A stretch of 64,000 nucleotides of DNA. Source: Anaerohalosphaeraceae bacterium (lineage in GTDB: Bacteria > Planctomycetota > Phycisphaerae > Sedimentisphaerales > Anaerohalosphaeraceae). The DNA is taken from contig CAXXSL010000016.1 in the NCBI GenBank assembly GCA_963675525.2, positions 480,001 through 544,000 on the forward strand, given 5' to 3'. Numbering within the stretch: the stretch's first letter is position 1; each line of letters begins with the position of its first letter. Below the pieces are notes generated by a model. The model ran no database searches and was not told the DNA's origin. It saw only the letters and a program-made list of their open reading frames with translations. Below, piece by piece: positions 26,873 through 37,296 of this stretch. The translations under genes and the position numbers were made by a program.

Positions 26873-28344
26873 TCACCATGTGCACCGGAACTGTCTTTTT
26901 CATAAGCCCACTTAAATGTTGTTAAACCGTCATACACCGGGAAGGTCCTGTAAAGCCATCCGGCGCTATCGCCACTGTGTTCAATTCGCCAACTGCCGTC
27001 AATGTAAAAATGGAACTTATCAAAACCTTCTTCGCTGGAGACTCTGTAATAAAATGTAATCAAATCATAGCCGGTTGTATCGACCGTCAGTTCGAGATAG
27101 CTGCTCTGACTATCCCCGATAGCGCCGGACCGAGCGGAGTAGCTGCCCTGCTGAACAGTTACATCGTCAATTACCCATCCGGCAGCGCCGCCGAGAAGCC
27201 ACGGCTGCTGTGTAAAGTCACCTGTTTCAAAATCGTCACCCGGGGCCAACGGATATGACTTCTCAACCATCCGACCAAGCCAGTGATTAGCCAACAAATT
27301 CAGATCATTCATGTCCACCACGCCGTCAACATACCAGTCGGCCCGCGCATCCGGCTGGTCCTGCGTGAAACCGCTTTGCCCCCAGTACTGTCCCAGCATT
27401 GAAAATTCCCGAAGTCCAATTGGGACCTGCCACGACAACGCCGGATAGCCATCCATTTCCCAGAGCTCATTGATTCCGTTTTCGGTTTCCCCGAAAAAGT
27501 CCCATCCAACAAAACTGGCCTCATTCCGCATTTGTGCATCCGTCAAAGCCGTCGCATACAAATCGACCGGACCGCCCCCGTCATCCGGATGCAGGTGATA
27601 ACAATTAATAAAGTAGTAGCTTGAAGAATACAGAGAATACCCAACGAATCCGCCTACATAAGTTGACCCGGAGACTGAACCTGATGCGTAACAGTTCATA
27701 TACGCTCCCAGACTATAGCCAACAAAACCTCCGATTCTTTGTGAACCGGTACCACCGGTCACATCAACCGCCGCATAACAATTAATAACCCCGCCCTGTG
27801 AAACGCCAATAAAACCTCCGACATTGACAGCCCCGCCGCCTGATGTGATTGTGCCGGTTGCGTAACAATTGGTTATTTCTGTAGAACTGTTGTTGTACAT
27901 ACCCACCATGGCTCCGATGTGGCTGGAACTGCTGCCGCCAGCAATACTGACATTCTCCAGTCCCAGATTTTTAATCACGGCATTGGATGTGCTCGTACCG
28001 AACAGGCCCAGTTTGTCGGCATTGCTTGATTGGGCATCAATCGTCATATTCAGAATTTTATGATGGTTCCCGTCAAAACCCGCATTAAACTCGGTGGCTG
28101 AAGGCGCAATGACCGCTTCAGTGAAAACATGCCCTGCCAGATCAATATCTGACGTGAGCATGAAATTATCCGAATAATACGCCGGATGCTCGCCAAGGTA
28201 GATCAACTCATTGGGCTCATCGATCTGATAGGGGTCCGTAATCGTCCCGCTGCCCTCCCATGTTGGATCTGCAAGCACAAAGGAACCGGCACTCAAAACA
28301 AATAAAATAAGCACTGTAGGAAAACAATAATTGACATGTCTCAT
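26827..28344 (-). CDS. Secreted GLUG-repeat protein with dockerin-like module and C-terminal beta-sandwich
   Basis: GSGT..DPYQI, FDGNHHKI, repeated VGGFVG/NCYA; DWYVDGVVDMNDLNLLANHWL. Confidence 0.85.
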   Translation of the reverse strand: MRHVNYCFPTVLILFVLSAGSFVLADPTWEGSGTITDPYQIDEPNELIYLGEHPAYYSDNFMLTSDIDLAGHVFTEAVIAPSATEFNAGFDGNHHKILNMTIDAQSSNADKLGLFGTSTSNAVIKNLGLENVSIAGGSSSSHIGAMVGMYNNSSTEITNCYATGTITSGGGAVNVGGFIGVSQGGVINCYAAVDVTGGTGSQRIGGFVGYSLGAYMNCYASGSVSGSTYVGGFVGYSLYSSSYYFINCYHLHPDDGGGPVDLYATALTDAQMRNEASFVGWDFFGETENGINELWEMDGYPALSWQVPIGLREFSMLGQYWGQSGFTQDQPDARADWYVDGVVDMNDLNLLANHWLGRMVEKSYPLAPGDDFETGDFTQQPWLLGGAAGWVIDDVTVQQGSYSARSGAIGDSQSSYLELTVDTTGYDLITFYYRVSSEEGFDKFHFYIDGSWRIEHSGDSAGWLYRTFPVYDGLTTFKWAYEKDSSGAHGDDAAWVDTIVFTLEE

Positions 28345-28569
28345 AATACAATCCTCCTGCTATATAGGTTGTCATGTGAAAGGGACATCAGAGGCAAATC
28401 TCAATATGCGGAGTGCCAATCGCCTCCCTCTTTCGATATCACTTTTTGTTAACCAATGATATATGCTATCATCTAATTATTCAAGGATATTGTCGGTAAT
28501 TACGCGGGTTTGCCTGAGGTTGCCGCCATCGGCGGAATTTTGTTTATGTCAGTCGATGAAATTAGGTTG

Positions 28570-28830
28570 AGGTTTCTTTTTCAGGAAAGAATTGCTGTTT
28601 TTTATAAGTTTATGGGTAACATTCCTGATACCAAAATGCGCCCAAATGACGCCAAAGTTGTCCAAAACGGTGCCATTTTGCGCCAGTTTGAAACCACGGA
28701 TCGACACAAAAATACACAGAAGTTTTTTGGGTTTTGCCGGGCGAGATAGCGGAACTCGCACTCTTTAATTGTGAATATTCAATTTCGCATGTTATATCAT
28801 AAACTTTGTTTGTTGATTTTCAAAACAATT
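28570..28830 (-). repeat. Dispersed non-coding element, copy B
   Basis: Reverse complement aligns in blocks to 2020-2475; carries TTGAAA-16-TATGAT and six phased TGG motifs. Confidence 0.75.
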
Positions 28831-28865
28831 TACACCTTTATTACTCTTCAAAAAGAAATAATTTA

Positions 28866-28928
28866 CTGATCGCTGTATGTGACCATTCTTCCAAGGTAAA
28901 TACGATACTGTCCACCCATGCAGCATCA
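28866..28928. repeat. 63-bp direct repeat copy 2 (orphan 3' end DAAWVDSIVFTLEE, stop mutated)
   Basis: Aligns to 26810-26872; TGA is changed to TGG. Confidence 0.9.
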
Positions 28929-28978
28929 AGGGTATACATCCCCATATTTACTTTTCCTGCCTCCCCCCTGCTTATAAA

Positions 28979-29152
28979 AAGATATTAGGTTTTGGGACTA
29001 CAGGACCAGCTCCTTTAAGAATTGATCAAAAGTTATTATTTTCTGATCCAGAAGAAGAAAAACAGAAGAAAATATATGAGGTGTATGTTAAAATCAGGGG
29101 GAAATTTGGCGAGGATCGTTTAAAGAGAGGACCGTCAGTAACGAATGAGTAA
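28979..29152 (+). pseudogene. C-terminal remnant of a DinB/Pol IV-like gene
   Basis: Startless frame KILGFGTTG...QKLLFSDPEEEKQKKIYEVYVKIRGKFGEDRLKRG resembles Y-family polymerase C-termini (RLLGxG, QxxLF clamp motif, DxIRxKFG). Confidence 0.6.
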
Positions 29153-29474
29153 AACACTTTGCATTGATTTTGATGACACGCTTTACAATCGGTCAACGAG
29201 CGAACCTATTGATGGAGCAGCAGAAGCTCTCGCTCAGTTAACATCTGAAGGTTATACAATCCTGATACTCTCTTCCCGCATAAATCCTGAGTTGTGGGGG
29301 GATCTTGTCAAATTCCGAGAAAAAGAAATCGTTGACTGGATGGAACACTATAATATTCCCTACGATAAGATCGTTCCTTTCAAGCCCCCTGCAGACCTCT
29401 ATATCGATGATAAGGCACTCCGATTTGAGGGAGACTGGGAAACAACATTGAAGGAAATAGGAAAAAGGGCGTAG
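29145..29474 (+). CDS. Small HAD-superfamily phosphatase-like protein
   Basis: Motif I IDFDDTL, motif II LSSR, KP..DLYIDDKA. Confidence 0.85.
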   Translation: MSKTLCIDFDDTLYNRSTSEPIDGAAEALAQLTSEGYTILILSSRINPELWGDLVKFREKEIVDWMEHYNIPYDKIVPFKPPADLYIDDKALRFEGDWETTLKEIGKRA

Positions 29475-29629
29475 GCGATAAATGATGCTGAAACTGCTCA
29501 GAAACTCATTTTTTTACTATTTTTCTATTGTAATACTCCCTCAAAGCAGTCAAAATAGCCTCAAGACGTATATAAAAGCTAATCGTTAGCTTTTAAGGAA
29601 GAATGGCTTTAGAACAAGGATGAAAAGAA

Positions 29630-29851
29630 ATGGCAAAGAAAAAAGCAAAAAAGAAAGTCGCTAAGAAGGCTGCCTGTAAAGAATCTCTGGTAGTAGCCAG
29701 TAAAGTAAAAGCATACATCAAGAGCAAAAAGATGATGACATCATCAGATGCTCTATGTGCCCTGAATGATGTAGTCTATGCTGCTTTAGATGCTGCTATT
29801 GCACGGACTCAGGCAAACAGGAGAAGCACAGTTAAGCCCCAGGATCTGTAG
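29630..29851 (+). CDS. Bacterial histone-fold protein (Bd0055-like, short alpha3) with Lys-rich N-terminal tail
   Basis: LVVASKVKAYIK-x-TS..AL..L...V......A......N.RSTVKPQDL matches the bacterial histone pattern, including the RxTxxxxD clamp. Confidence 0.88.
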   Translation: MAKKKAKKKVAKKAACKESLVVASKVKAYIKSKKMMTSSDALCALNDVVYAALDAAIARTQANRRSTVKPQDL

Positions 29852-29874
29852 AGATAGTCTTGGCTCCAGTAGTC

Positions 29875-29909
29875 AAAAAGCCAATCTCTGATGGGAGATT
29901 GGCTTTTTT
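29875..29909 (+). terminator. Intrinsic (probably bidirectional) terminator after the histone gene
   Basis: AAAAAGCCAATCTC/GAGATTGGCTTTTT. Confidence 0.9.
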
Positions 29910-30093
29910 GATTATTGCTTCGAATGACATCTTACGAGCAAATTCTTCAGCCAAGCTGGCCCTGATTTTAGTCGGCGGCTCAGGAGCAGGCTACCTTGCA
30001 GATTAGGATTTCAAAATCTACCTTAACATGCAATATATCTTAAAGACTTAAACACATTTCCAAAACTCATCTTCCGTAATGAAAAACGCAGCC

Positions 30094-33000
30094 TTATGTT
30101 CCCGGTGAGTATGTTTGTGCCTGCCAGTTGACCACATCATCCCCATATAAAGTATCATTAATTCTATCCAGCGCCGCACCGCCGCCATCCGGCGTCGCAG
30201 GCCAGGAATCTTCATCATCATAAAGAACCGAATCAACCAGAATATAATATCTCACATCCAGCAGATCCGTATCACCGGGCATAGACAATTCAAGGAGTTC
30301 TCCGCCGTTACTGAGCTTTGTATCATTCTCGAAAGGCCCAATAACATCCGCTCCAACCGTTCCATGTTTTTCCGTAAACGCCGCAGGATTTTTGGCGACA
30401 ATCAGGTATCCGTTTGCCGGGACCGTTGTGCCCAGCGGGAATGTGTAGTCGATGCCCGCTGTAAACTGCCATCCCAGTGTTTCAAGTGTTTCGGCGTCAT
30501 AAACCTCCAGTGTCACCGGCGAACCCGTGATATTATGCAGTTCAATATACTCATAATCCTGGTCGGGATAAGAGGCATTGACGGGCGGAACAGGATTGTA
30601 CATGATCTCACTGATCACAACGGGTCCGACCTTCGGGCCTGTATTGTCATCATCCGGCGTTGCTGAATCCATCGAAACAAAAACAGTCGTGGCATCACTT
30701 TTTGTGTAACGTCCGAACGATACACCGGTTTCAGACGCGCCAAACGAAACTTCAACCGTATATCCCGTAAGCTGCCCGTTGTCACCGGAACTGAGATACA
30801 CCTGGTCCCCGTTTTCGCTGAGGGCAAATGATTCCAGTTTTCCGGCATCGCCCGGCTCGCCAAAATTATCATCCTCATACAGAACCAGGTATTGACCTGA
30901 CGGAATTATCGTACCGGCCGCGATTTGGTATTTCATCAAATTAGCCGTGCTGTCACTGAGGAACCATCCGCCAACATTGACCGGGCTGGGCGTTGGATTG
31001 TACAATTCAATCCAGTCCGGTGCGGTATCATGTGAATGAGCAAGCACTTCATTGATGATGACACCGGCAATGTCATCTGCGCCCGGAGTTCCGCTGGCTG
31101 CATAACTGGGATGCCAGCTTTCCTCGTTACGCCAGCTTTCAAGCGTTCCCGCCGGACTCGTGATCACCAGTGAATAGCCTCCGCCATCGGTCGTCGGATA
31201 CCATCCGTCCTTATACTCAAACCGCATCACCGCTGCATCAAACGGATCGGGAAGCTTCAGTGTGATCTGTTCTCCGCCATCGTCTAATTTACCCGCATAG
31301 ACACCGGCGACATTGATCTGTGTTCCGTAGCGAGCCTCAAACACACTTTGGTTCGCGATTACGACCGTATATTGGCCCGAAGCGAGTGTCATTGGCCCGA
31401 ACACAAAATCGATCCCATTCGTGAAACGGACGCCTTCAAGCTCGATCGGGGTGCTGCTGATATTTTTCAATTCGATAAACTCGGAATTGGGATCTGCCGC
31501 GGGGTTGTACATGATCTCAGTAATTCGCAATCCATCCAAAAGCTCGGCCGCATTCGTAAATGAAACATCAGAGCTAAGATTTTCCAGTCCCGGCGTTGGA
31601 AGCGTAAAGAACGCAAAGCCATCACTGGCGGGAACTCTGCCCTGTGAGACATCGGTTGTCTGGGGCGTGTAGTATATCTTGTCGATCTCGTTATAGTCAG
31701 CATCAAAGAGAGCGATTATCTCATGGTCCGCTGAGAGATTGAAATTGAGGTGCCCGTGCCCTGAGGTATTGCTGTCATCTGCGGTGAATACGGCATAGCC
31801 ATTCGGCCCAACGAAACTCAGGGGCCCGAGTAAACTCTTTAGAGGCTGGGTAATATCGTTATCGGTCAGGTACAAATCGCTGAGATTGACCGGGTTTGAG
31901 CCGGGATTGTATAATTCAATGAGGTCGTCGGTAAAGAGGATGTTACTGCTTGCAAGCCACTCATTGATTTTCAGATCAGCGGGATTACCGAGGGGCTGCA
32001 TGACATTTGCCGAACCCAGCGTAGGAACAGTCAGATGCCACCGGCCATCGCCAAGCCGACCGATCGACAGATCATCCAACTGAGCGCCGAACACAACAGA
32101 ATCAACGACCGTCCCCGCAGGATCCCGCAGGGTGAGATCGTCACCATCCGCATCGATGTTGAAGCCGGTATGTATCCCAGAGGGGAGACTGTTCGAGTCA
32201 GCATAGACAACCAGATAATCGCCGGGATTCATGATCGTTCCCGCAGCAAAGACAAACTTATCCGGCAGGTCATTGTTATCGGTTATCCGATAGCCGTCCA
32301 GATCAAGCGAACTGGCACCGTCATAGTATAGTTCGATGCTATCCGAGTTAACGGCCATGATTTCATTGATCTGCACAACTTTCCAAGACGTATCAACGGT
32401 CCATGCTCTGACCGTTGCGTCAGCGGTGTCTTGCCAGACGCCGGCGTAGTTCTTGCCGACGACTTCCAGGGTATGTCCGCTCTGCGATAGACCGCTCAGT
32501 GCAAGCGGCGTATCGACCGTTTGCTCGGTGGAACTCCATGAACCGCTGTCCAACCGCCACTTGTAATGGGTGATGCCGGGACCGGCAATCGTGAATGTTA
32601 TATTCGTCCGGGGGATTGTCATATCCTGTTGGCCGGAGATGGAAGCATCGGCAGAAACATGCATTCCCATGTCAATCCCGTTAACTCCGGTGCCGATTGC
32701 CGCCGAATCGCTCTTGAGGGTAAAATCGTTTTCGTCGTCGACAAAAACCGCCTCTTCGCTGATGATGTTGCCGCTGCCGAGGAACTGAGCCGGAATATTA
32801 TCGGTAATGAGCGAATATTCCACTGTTAGATCCGTGGTGCCGAAGTAAACACCGATCGGATTAGCGGTATTGTAGAAGATATTGCCCGCCATGTATGCGC
32901 CATCGCCCGGATCCCCCGATTCAAGCGGCTCGCGGAAATTGACGCCGACATTGCAATTGACCACGGTGTTGTTTTGGAAGTTGATCCATGACTGGTCCTT

Positions 33001-36000
33001 GACAAGGGCTGCGTTGTCACAATCAATAAAGAGATTGCGAACGATCATATGGCTGGACGTGTTGCTGCCGTCATAACCGCTGGTGATACCGTAGGACTCG
33101 CCGTTTTCGGCCGGGAAGTTCCGGTGGAAGTTCATGAATGTATTGCCGGCAATAAAGGCATGTGTTCCGTCCAGGTCCAGACCGTCATCGCCGCCGCCCA
33201 GGAAGACATTGTTGATAAACTGTGGTACGGGCGTGGAGCCGCTGACTGTGCAGTCCAGGACGTCCTTCTTGGTCCCCGTGTGAACACCGAAGATATTGCC
33301 CTCAAATGTAAGGTATGGATTTGCTGCTAAGAGCAGGTGGCCGGAAACACTCTGGTCAGCTGTATTATCGGGAAATACGCAGTTTCGTACAATCACCGAG
33401 GACGATTCGAGCTGCAAAATGACCTCATTGGTCTGCGACCATGTCATGCCGTCCAGCAGTGCCCTTGAACTGTCCAGGCGAATGGACTCAGAAGCCGAAC
33501 TGGACTTTCGCATGTCAACACAGACCAGTTGGTTGTCCTGATTGCTGCTGCTGAAGCGAATGCCTCCCCATGAAGCCGAGGCGGCGGGGTCACCCACAAG
33601 GCTGATTCTGTTGAATTCCGTACCTTCGGCGATCAATCGCCCGGTAACCGTCAGGCGAACGCCGCTGCTGAAATAGACCGTTGCACCCGGCTGAATCGTC
33701 AGGGTGCTGCCGGCCGGCACGGTCATACTCGATGCAATACGCCAGGGACCGGATGCCGCACTCAGGACGATATTTCCTGTAAGACTCGACACGTTGGCAA
33801 CAGAGCCGTCATCGTACCAGATATCGACAGATTCTTTGTAGACGCTGTCGCCGCCGCCGTTTGCATGCTCAAAGGCTTCGACAATTATCGAGTTGATACC
33901 CGGGTTAAGCGATACACCGCTGATCGACCATGTGCCGTTTTTCTGGTCCCAATTGGCATCAGAAACAAGCTGGTTGTCGACACGCATGGATCGTGCCATC
34001 GCCGCGTTAAATGTACCGGAAAGACTCAGCGTGCTGCTGGTCGTACGAGGATAGCCGTTCTGTACTGACGGGGTAACGATTGTGAACTGCTGCTCGATCT
34101 GGTCAAGGATCTGGCCCGTACCGTTTTGCCTGAAGACCACAAATTGCTTCATGTCACTGAGTTTAGTCGACGGTATATTTTCTTTGTCGCCGAGAACCAT
34201 ATCGACCAGCGGATCGAATTCTTCGGGTGAGTAGGCGGTATCGATCAGTTCGAAGAACGTACTGTAGTACCGTTGGAGAACGTCCTTATTGTTGATCAAT
34301 CGATGGATTCCTTCGAGACGGTCCTTGTCAACCGTAAAGATGCTTGTCATATCTTTACCTCCGCCTCCCTCGTCCAGTAAAGAACCCAGATCATGGGGCA
34401 TAAGGCGGAATCGCGTGTCGATGCCCGCCCGATACATCGTATAATCATCACCCATTCCATAGCTGAAACCGGCTTCTTGATTGCCGCACAGATAATCGGT
34501 TGCCAGATAGCGCAGCCATTGGTCCGCATCGACAACTTCCTCAGCCAATGCGAGGAACTCGTCTTCCGTACCCGCAGAATCCATGAGTATATCGATAAGA
34601 TTGAACAAATCACTCCAATCCTGCTCGCTCCCATTGGTCTCTTTCATATAGTTTTCCCAATAATCTGCAGGATCGCGGTAAGGAGCCGTTCCGTGGTGTT
34701 CCAGGTCGGCATAGGTCCTGTCACTCAAGTCGTCGAGCCAGTGGTAAGTGCACCGATAGATATTGCCGTCCGGGTCGTCCGGGAAATTATTTGCGGCCCA
34801 TTCGCTATTGTAGGATTCCAGCGCAGCATAATAGCCGTACATTTCGTACAAATCCGGATCGGGGCCTTCGATGGCCAGGTTCAGACCGTTGACTTTAAGT
34901 TCAACAAGGTTACACGTCGGCGTGGGCATGCCGGCCATCTTCCAAATCGCGCTGCCCATCGCCTGAACATATGGATATTTGCTGTTAAGATTCAGTGCCG
35001 TCACTTTCTTCCACGCGTCATCCTGTCGGAAACCGATATGGTAATTCATTGGCGGTTCGGAGCGGCTCGAATTGCCGCGGTTCCGAACGCCCACGGTGTA
35101 TCGGGTTTTGGTATCTACGCCATCGATGGAAATAAAAGTCGCATTCACGTTGGCATTACTTTCACTTTCGGCGGTACGCTCGTCACCGGTGGGTGAGGTA
35201 TCGTTGCCGATATCATAGAGCCGGGCGCGTTCGGACTCCGTCATGATGATAAAGTACCGCGGTACGGCACCGGGTGTCCAGGCCGCAACGGCATCAAATG
35301 TATCATCCACCTGGTAAAGGCAGTTGGCCACCTGCTGCGGGGTGCCGTCGACATCGCACGCCGCCGGCCAGGTCCGTGCATTGGCACCGGCATCGGTTGC
35401 CTTGATAAAGAATTCGATAATTTTATTGTCAGCTTTCGCCGGTATGAATGCCCCGTAAACACCATCGCCGGGTTGTCCGTCTCCATGAAGCCCATCGTCC
35501 AGCATGGTTTCGGTTGTGTAGCTTCCCGCGTTATAGGTTGGATAGACCGCCTGATTGTAGGTTGACGTGTCGAGACGCCAATGCAGAACGACGGAAACAC
35601 CGGCAAGGTTTTCATCGGTTACTTCGGCTGTTACCGTCACGGCCTGAGACGCTGTCGGAATGACCGGCGATTGATCGACATCCAGAACAATCGGCGCCAG
35701 ATCGAAGACCGTATAATCGTTGGCCGCTCCGGGAGTGCCGCCGATGGTATCGCCGGCCTGCCAGTTGCCTCCGTATTCATTGGACACGGAGGTGCATATC
35801 AGCTCCAGCGAATATCCGCCGCCGTCATGAGCATTGGACCATTGCCAGCCGCGATGGTAATAATCCACCGGGCCAAGAATACGCTGGCCCCATTCGCCTT
35901 CATCATAATAGTGAACAGCGTCGATCTCAGTTCCGATCGTATTGACCAGTGTGATCTTCTCGCCCTTATTGGTCAGCTTTCCGGTCCATCCGCCTACATA

Positions 36001-36945
36001 ATTTGTGACACTCGGATAAGCCGTATGGAAAGCTGTCTCATTGGCAGCAATAACCATATAGCCACCGGCAGCGATCCGGGTATTAGCAGGCATTTGGTAT
36101 TGAACACCATCTACCAAACGCCATCCGCCAAGATCAACCTCGCTGGTTCCGGTATTGTAAAGCTCGATGTACTCCAACTCAATCGGCTCCGGCTCAAACG
36201 CCGCTTCGTCATGGCCGGGGTGATACATGATTTCATTGATGAGAATGCCGGTATCAGCCGACTCACCACCGTTGGACCATCCGGGGGTGGCGGTTCCATT
36301 ATCAAACGTCTGCCATCCCGCCCCGCCGTTCGGATAGCGCCCATACGATTCATCTTCGTTCTGGTTGCCGAACGTAATGGCATCAATCTGGGTCCCCTGG
36401 CTGTCAAAGAAACCGATTGCTTCACCACCTGCACCCAGCCCGAAGCTGGCATGTGTTGGGCCTTGTGTGGTATCGCCGTCCGCCCAGATGATCAGGTAGT
36501 CGCCCGGTTGAATCGTTGTTTGCGTTGGAGCATTAGTCGGTATCTGCCACATATTCGGGATGCTAAGCGTATCCGTTAAATACATGCCGCCGATATCAAC
36601 CGATGTTGTGTCGGGGTTGTAGATTTCAATCCAGTCGGGATAGGCGCCCGCTTCGTCAGGATCCTCAATCGTCTCTGCATTATCCGCCATAAATTCGTTG
36701 ATCACCAGTCGGTAACCAACCTCTCCCCAATGGTCCGCAAGAATCGAAAAATCATCGAAGTCCACTCTTCCGAGCCCATCGAAATTCGCATTGCCAGCGG
36801 GTTCATTCAGCCAGAAGTCCGAAAATACAACCAAATCTCCCAGACCGACCGAGCAATTCCCATCAAGATCGCCTACTGGACAGGCGGCAACACATAATGC
36901 CCCGACCGAAATCAATGCACATAATAAAATGAATCGACAAAACAT
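30094..36945 (-). CDS. Giant secreted protein: dockerin-like module, multiple lamin-tail domains, CotH kinase-like domain, right-handed beta-helix
   Basis: Repeated INEIM/DWIELYN LTD motifs; CotH-like GVRNRGNSSR..RLMPHDL; GGGDDGLDLDG beta-helix. Confidence 0.88.
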   Translation of the reverse strand: MFCRFILLCALISVGALCVAACPVGDLDGNCSVGLGDLVVFSDFWLNEPAGNANFDGLGRVDFDDFSILADHWGEVGYRLVINEFMADNAETIEDPDEAGAYPDWIEIYNPDTTSVDIGGMYLTDTLSIPNMWQIPTNAPTQTTIQPGDYLIIWADGDTTQGPTHASFGLGAGGEAIGFFDSQGTQIDAITFGNQNEDESYGRYPNGGAGWQTFDNGTATPGWSNGGESADTGILINEIMYHPGHDEAAFEPEPIELEYIELYNTGTSEVDLGGWRLVDGVQYQMPANTRIAAGGYMVIAANETAFHTAYPSVTNYVGGWTGKLTNKGEKITLVNTIGTEIDAVHYYDEGEWGQRILGPVDYYHRGWQWSNAHDGGGYSLELICTSVSNEYGGNWQAGDTIGGTPGAANDYTVFDLAPIVLDVDQSPVIPTASQAVTVTAEVTDENLAGVSVVLHWRLDTSTYNQAVYPTYNAGSYTTETMLDDGLHGDGQPGDGVYGAFIPAKADNKIIEFFIKATDAGANARTWPAACDVDGTPQQVANCLYQVDDTFDAVAAWTPGAVPRYFIIMTESERARLYDIGNDTSPTGDERTAESESNANVNATFISIDGVDTKTRYTVGVRNRGNSSRSEPPMNYHIGFRQDDAWKKVTALNLNSKYPYVQAMGSAIWKMAGMPTPTCNLVELKVNGLNLAIEGPDPDLYEMYGYYAALESYNSEWAANNFPDDPDGNIYRCTYHWLDDLSDRTYADLEHHGTAPYRDPADYWENYMKETNGSEQDWSDLFNLIDILMDSAGTEDEFLALAEEVVDADQWLRYLATDYLCGNQEAGFSYGMGDDYTMYRAGIDTRFRLMPHDLGSLLDEGGGGKDMTSIFTVDKDRLEGIHRLINNKDVLQRYYSTFFELIDTAYSPEEFDPLVDMVLGDKENIPSTKLSDMKQFVVFRQNGTGQILDQIEQQFTIVTPSVQNGYPRTTSSTLSLSGTFNAAMARSMRVDNQLVSDANWDQKNGTWSISGVSLNPGINSIIVEAFEHANGGGDSVYKESVDIWYDDGSVANVSSLTGNIVLSAASGPWRIASSMTVPAGSTLTIQPGATVYFSSGVRLTVTGRLIAEGTEFNRISLVGDPAASASWGGIRFSSSNQDNQLVCVDMRKSSSASESIRLDSSRALLDGMTWSQTNEVILQLESSSVIVRNCVFPDNTADQSVSGHLLLAANPYLTFEGNIFGVHTGTKKDVLDCTVSGSTPVPQFINNVFLGGGDDGLDLDGTHAFIAGNTFMNFHRNFPAENGESYGITSGYDGSNTSSHMIVRNLFIDCDNAALVKDQSWINFQNNTVVNCNVGVNFREPLESGDPGDGAYMAGNIFYNTANPIGVYFGTTDLTVEYSLITDNIPAQFLGSGNIISEEAVFVDDENDFTLKSDSAAIGTGVNGIDMGMHVSADASISGQQDMTIPRTNITFTIAGPGITHYKWRLDSGSWSSTEQTVDTPLALSGLSQSGHTLEVVGKNYAGVWQDTADATVRAWTVDTSWKVVQINEIMAVNSDSIELYYDGASSLDLDGYRITDNNDLPDKFVFAAGTIMNPGDYLVVYADSNSLPSGIHTGFNIDADGDDLTLRDPAGTVVDSVVFGAQLDDLSIGRLGDGRWHLTVPTLGSANVMQPLGNPADLKINEWLASSNILFTDDLIELYNPGSNPVNLSDLYLTDNDITQPLKSLLGPLSFVGPNGYAVFTADDSNTSGHGHLNFNLSADHEIIALFDADYNEIDKIYYTPQTTDVSQGRVPASDGFAFFTLPTPGLENLSSDVSFTNAAELLDGLRITEIMYNPAADPNSEFIELKNISSTPIELEGVRFTNGIDFVFGPMTLASGQYTVVIANQSVFEARYGTQINVAGVYAGKLDDGGEQITLKLPDPFDAAVMRFEYKDGWYPTTDGGGYSLVITSPAGTLESWRNEESWHPSYAASGTPGADDIAGVIINEVLAHSHDTAPDWIELYNPTPSPVNVGGWFLSDSTANLMKYQIAAGTIIPSGQYLVLYEDDNFGEPGDAGKLESFALSENGDQVYLSSGDNGQLTGYTVEVSFGASETGVSFGRYTKSDATTVFVSMDSATPDDDNTGPKVGPVVISEIMYNPVPPVNASYPDQDYEYIELHNITGSPVTLEVYDAETLETLGWQFTAGIDYTFPLGTTVPANGYLIVAKNPAAFTEKHGTVGADVIGPFENDTKLSNGGELLELSMPGDTDLLDVRYYILVDSVLYDDEDSWPATPDGGGAALDRINDTLYGDDVVNWQAQTYSPGT

Positions 36946-37296
36946 CTAATCCTCGTAATTAAGGTGATGGTACCCTCAGACCTCCGATTATTTCTAGTTA
37001 GACGGAACGACACATACCTCAGCTATGATAGCAGAAACGGGCATAAAAATCAACAGAAACCCCCTTTCTGGAGAAACAAGTTGGAGTACTCATTTATTGG
37101 GTCAGTTTGGAAGGTAAAATGGATCGGTCCTACCCTTGTGGAAAGTCAACGGTATGCCAAATCGCGTGCCACCCCTCTCTTTCCACATAACACCCATCTG
37201 TCCCATTTCTAATAACGGGATACACTAACGGCTAATATGGAACTACATATGTGAATCGGTTTTTTTTCTGCTTTTTCACCTTTTTCTCATCTTCTA

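Noticed and set aside
29990..30030. tRNA-like anticodon stem (GATTTCAAAATC)
   Set aside because: No acceptor stem, D-arm or TTCG T-loop.
37155..37171. Sigma54 promoter upstream of the CotH/LTD gene (TGGCACGCGATTTGG, minus strand)
   Set aside because: The -24 element is perfect, but -12 is GG rather than the near-invariant GC, and no activator is nearby; unsupported.
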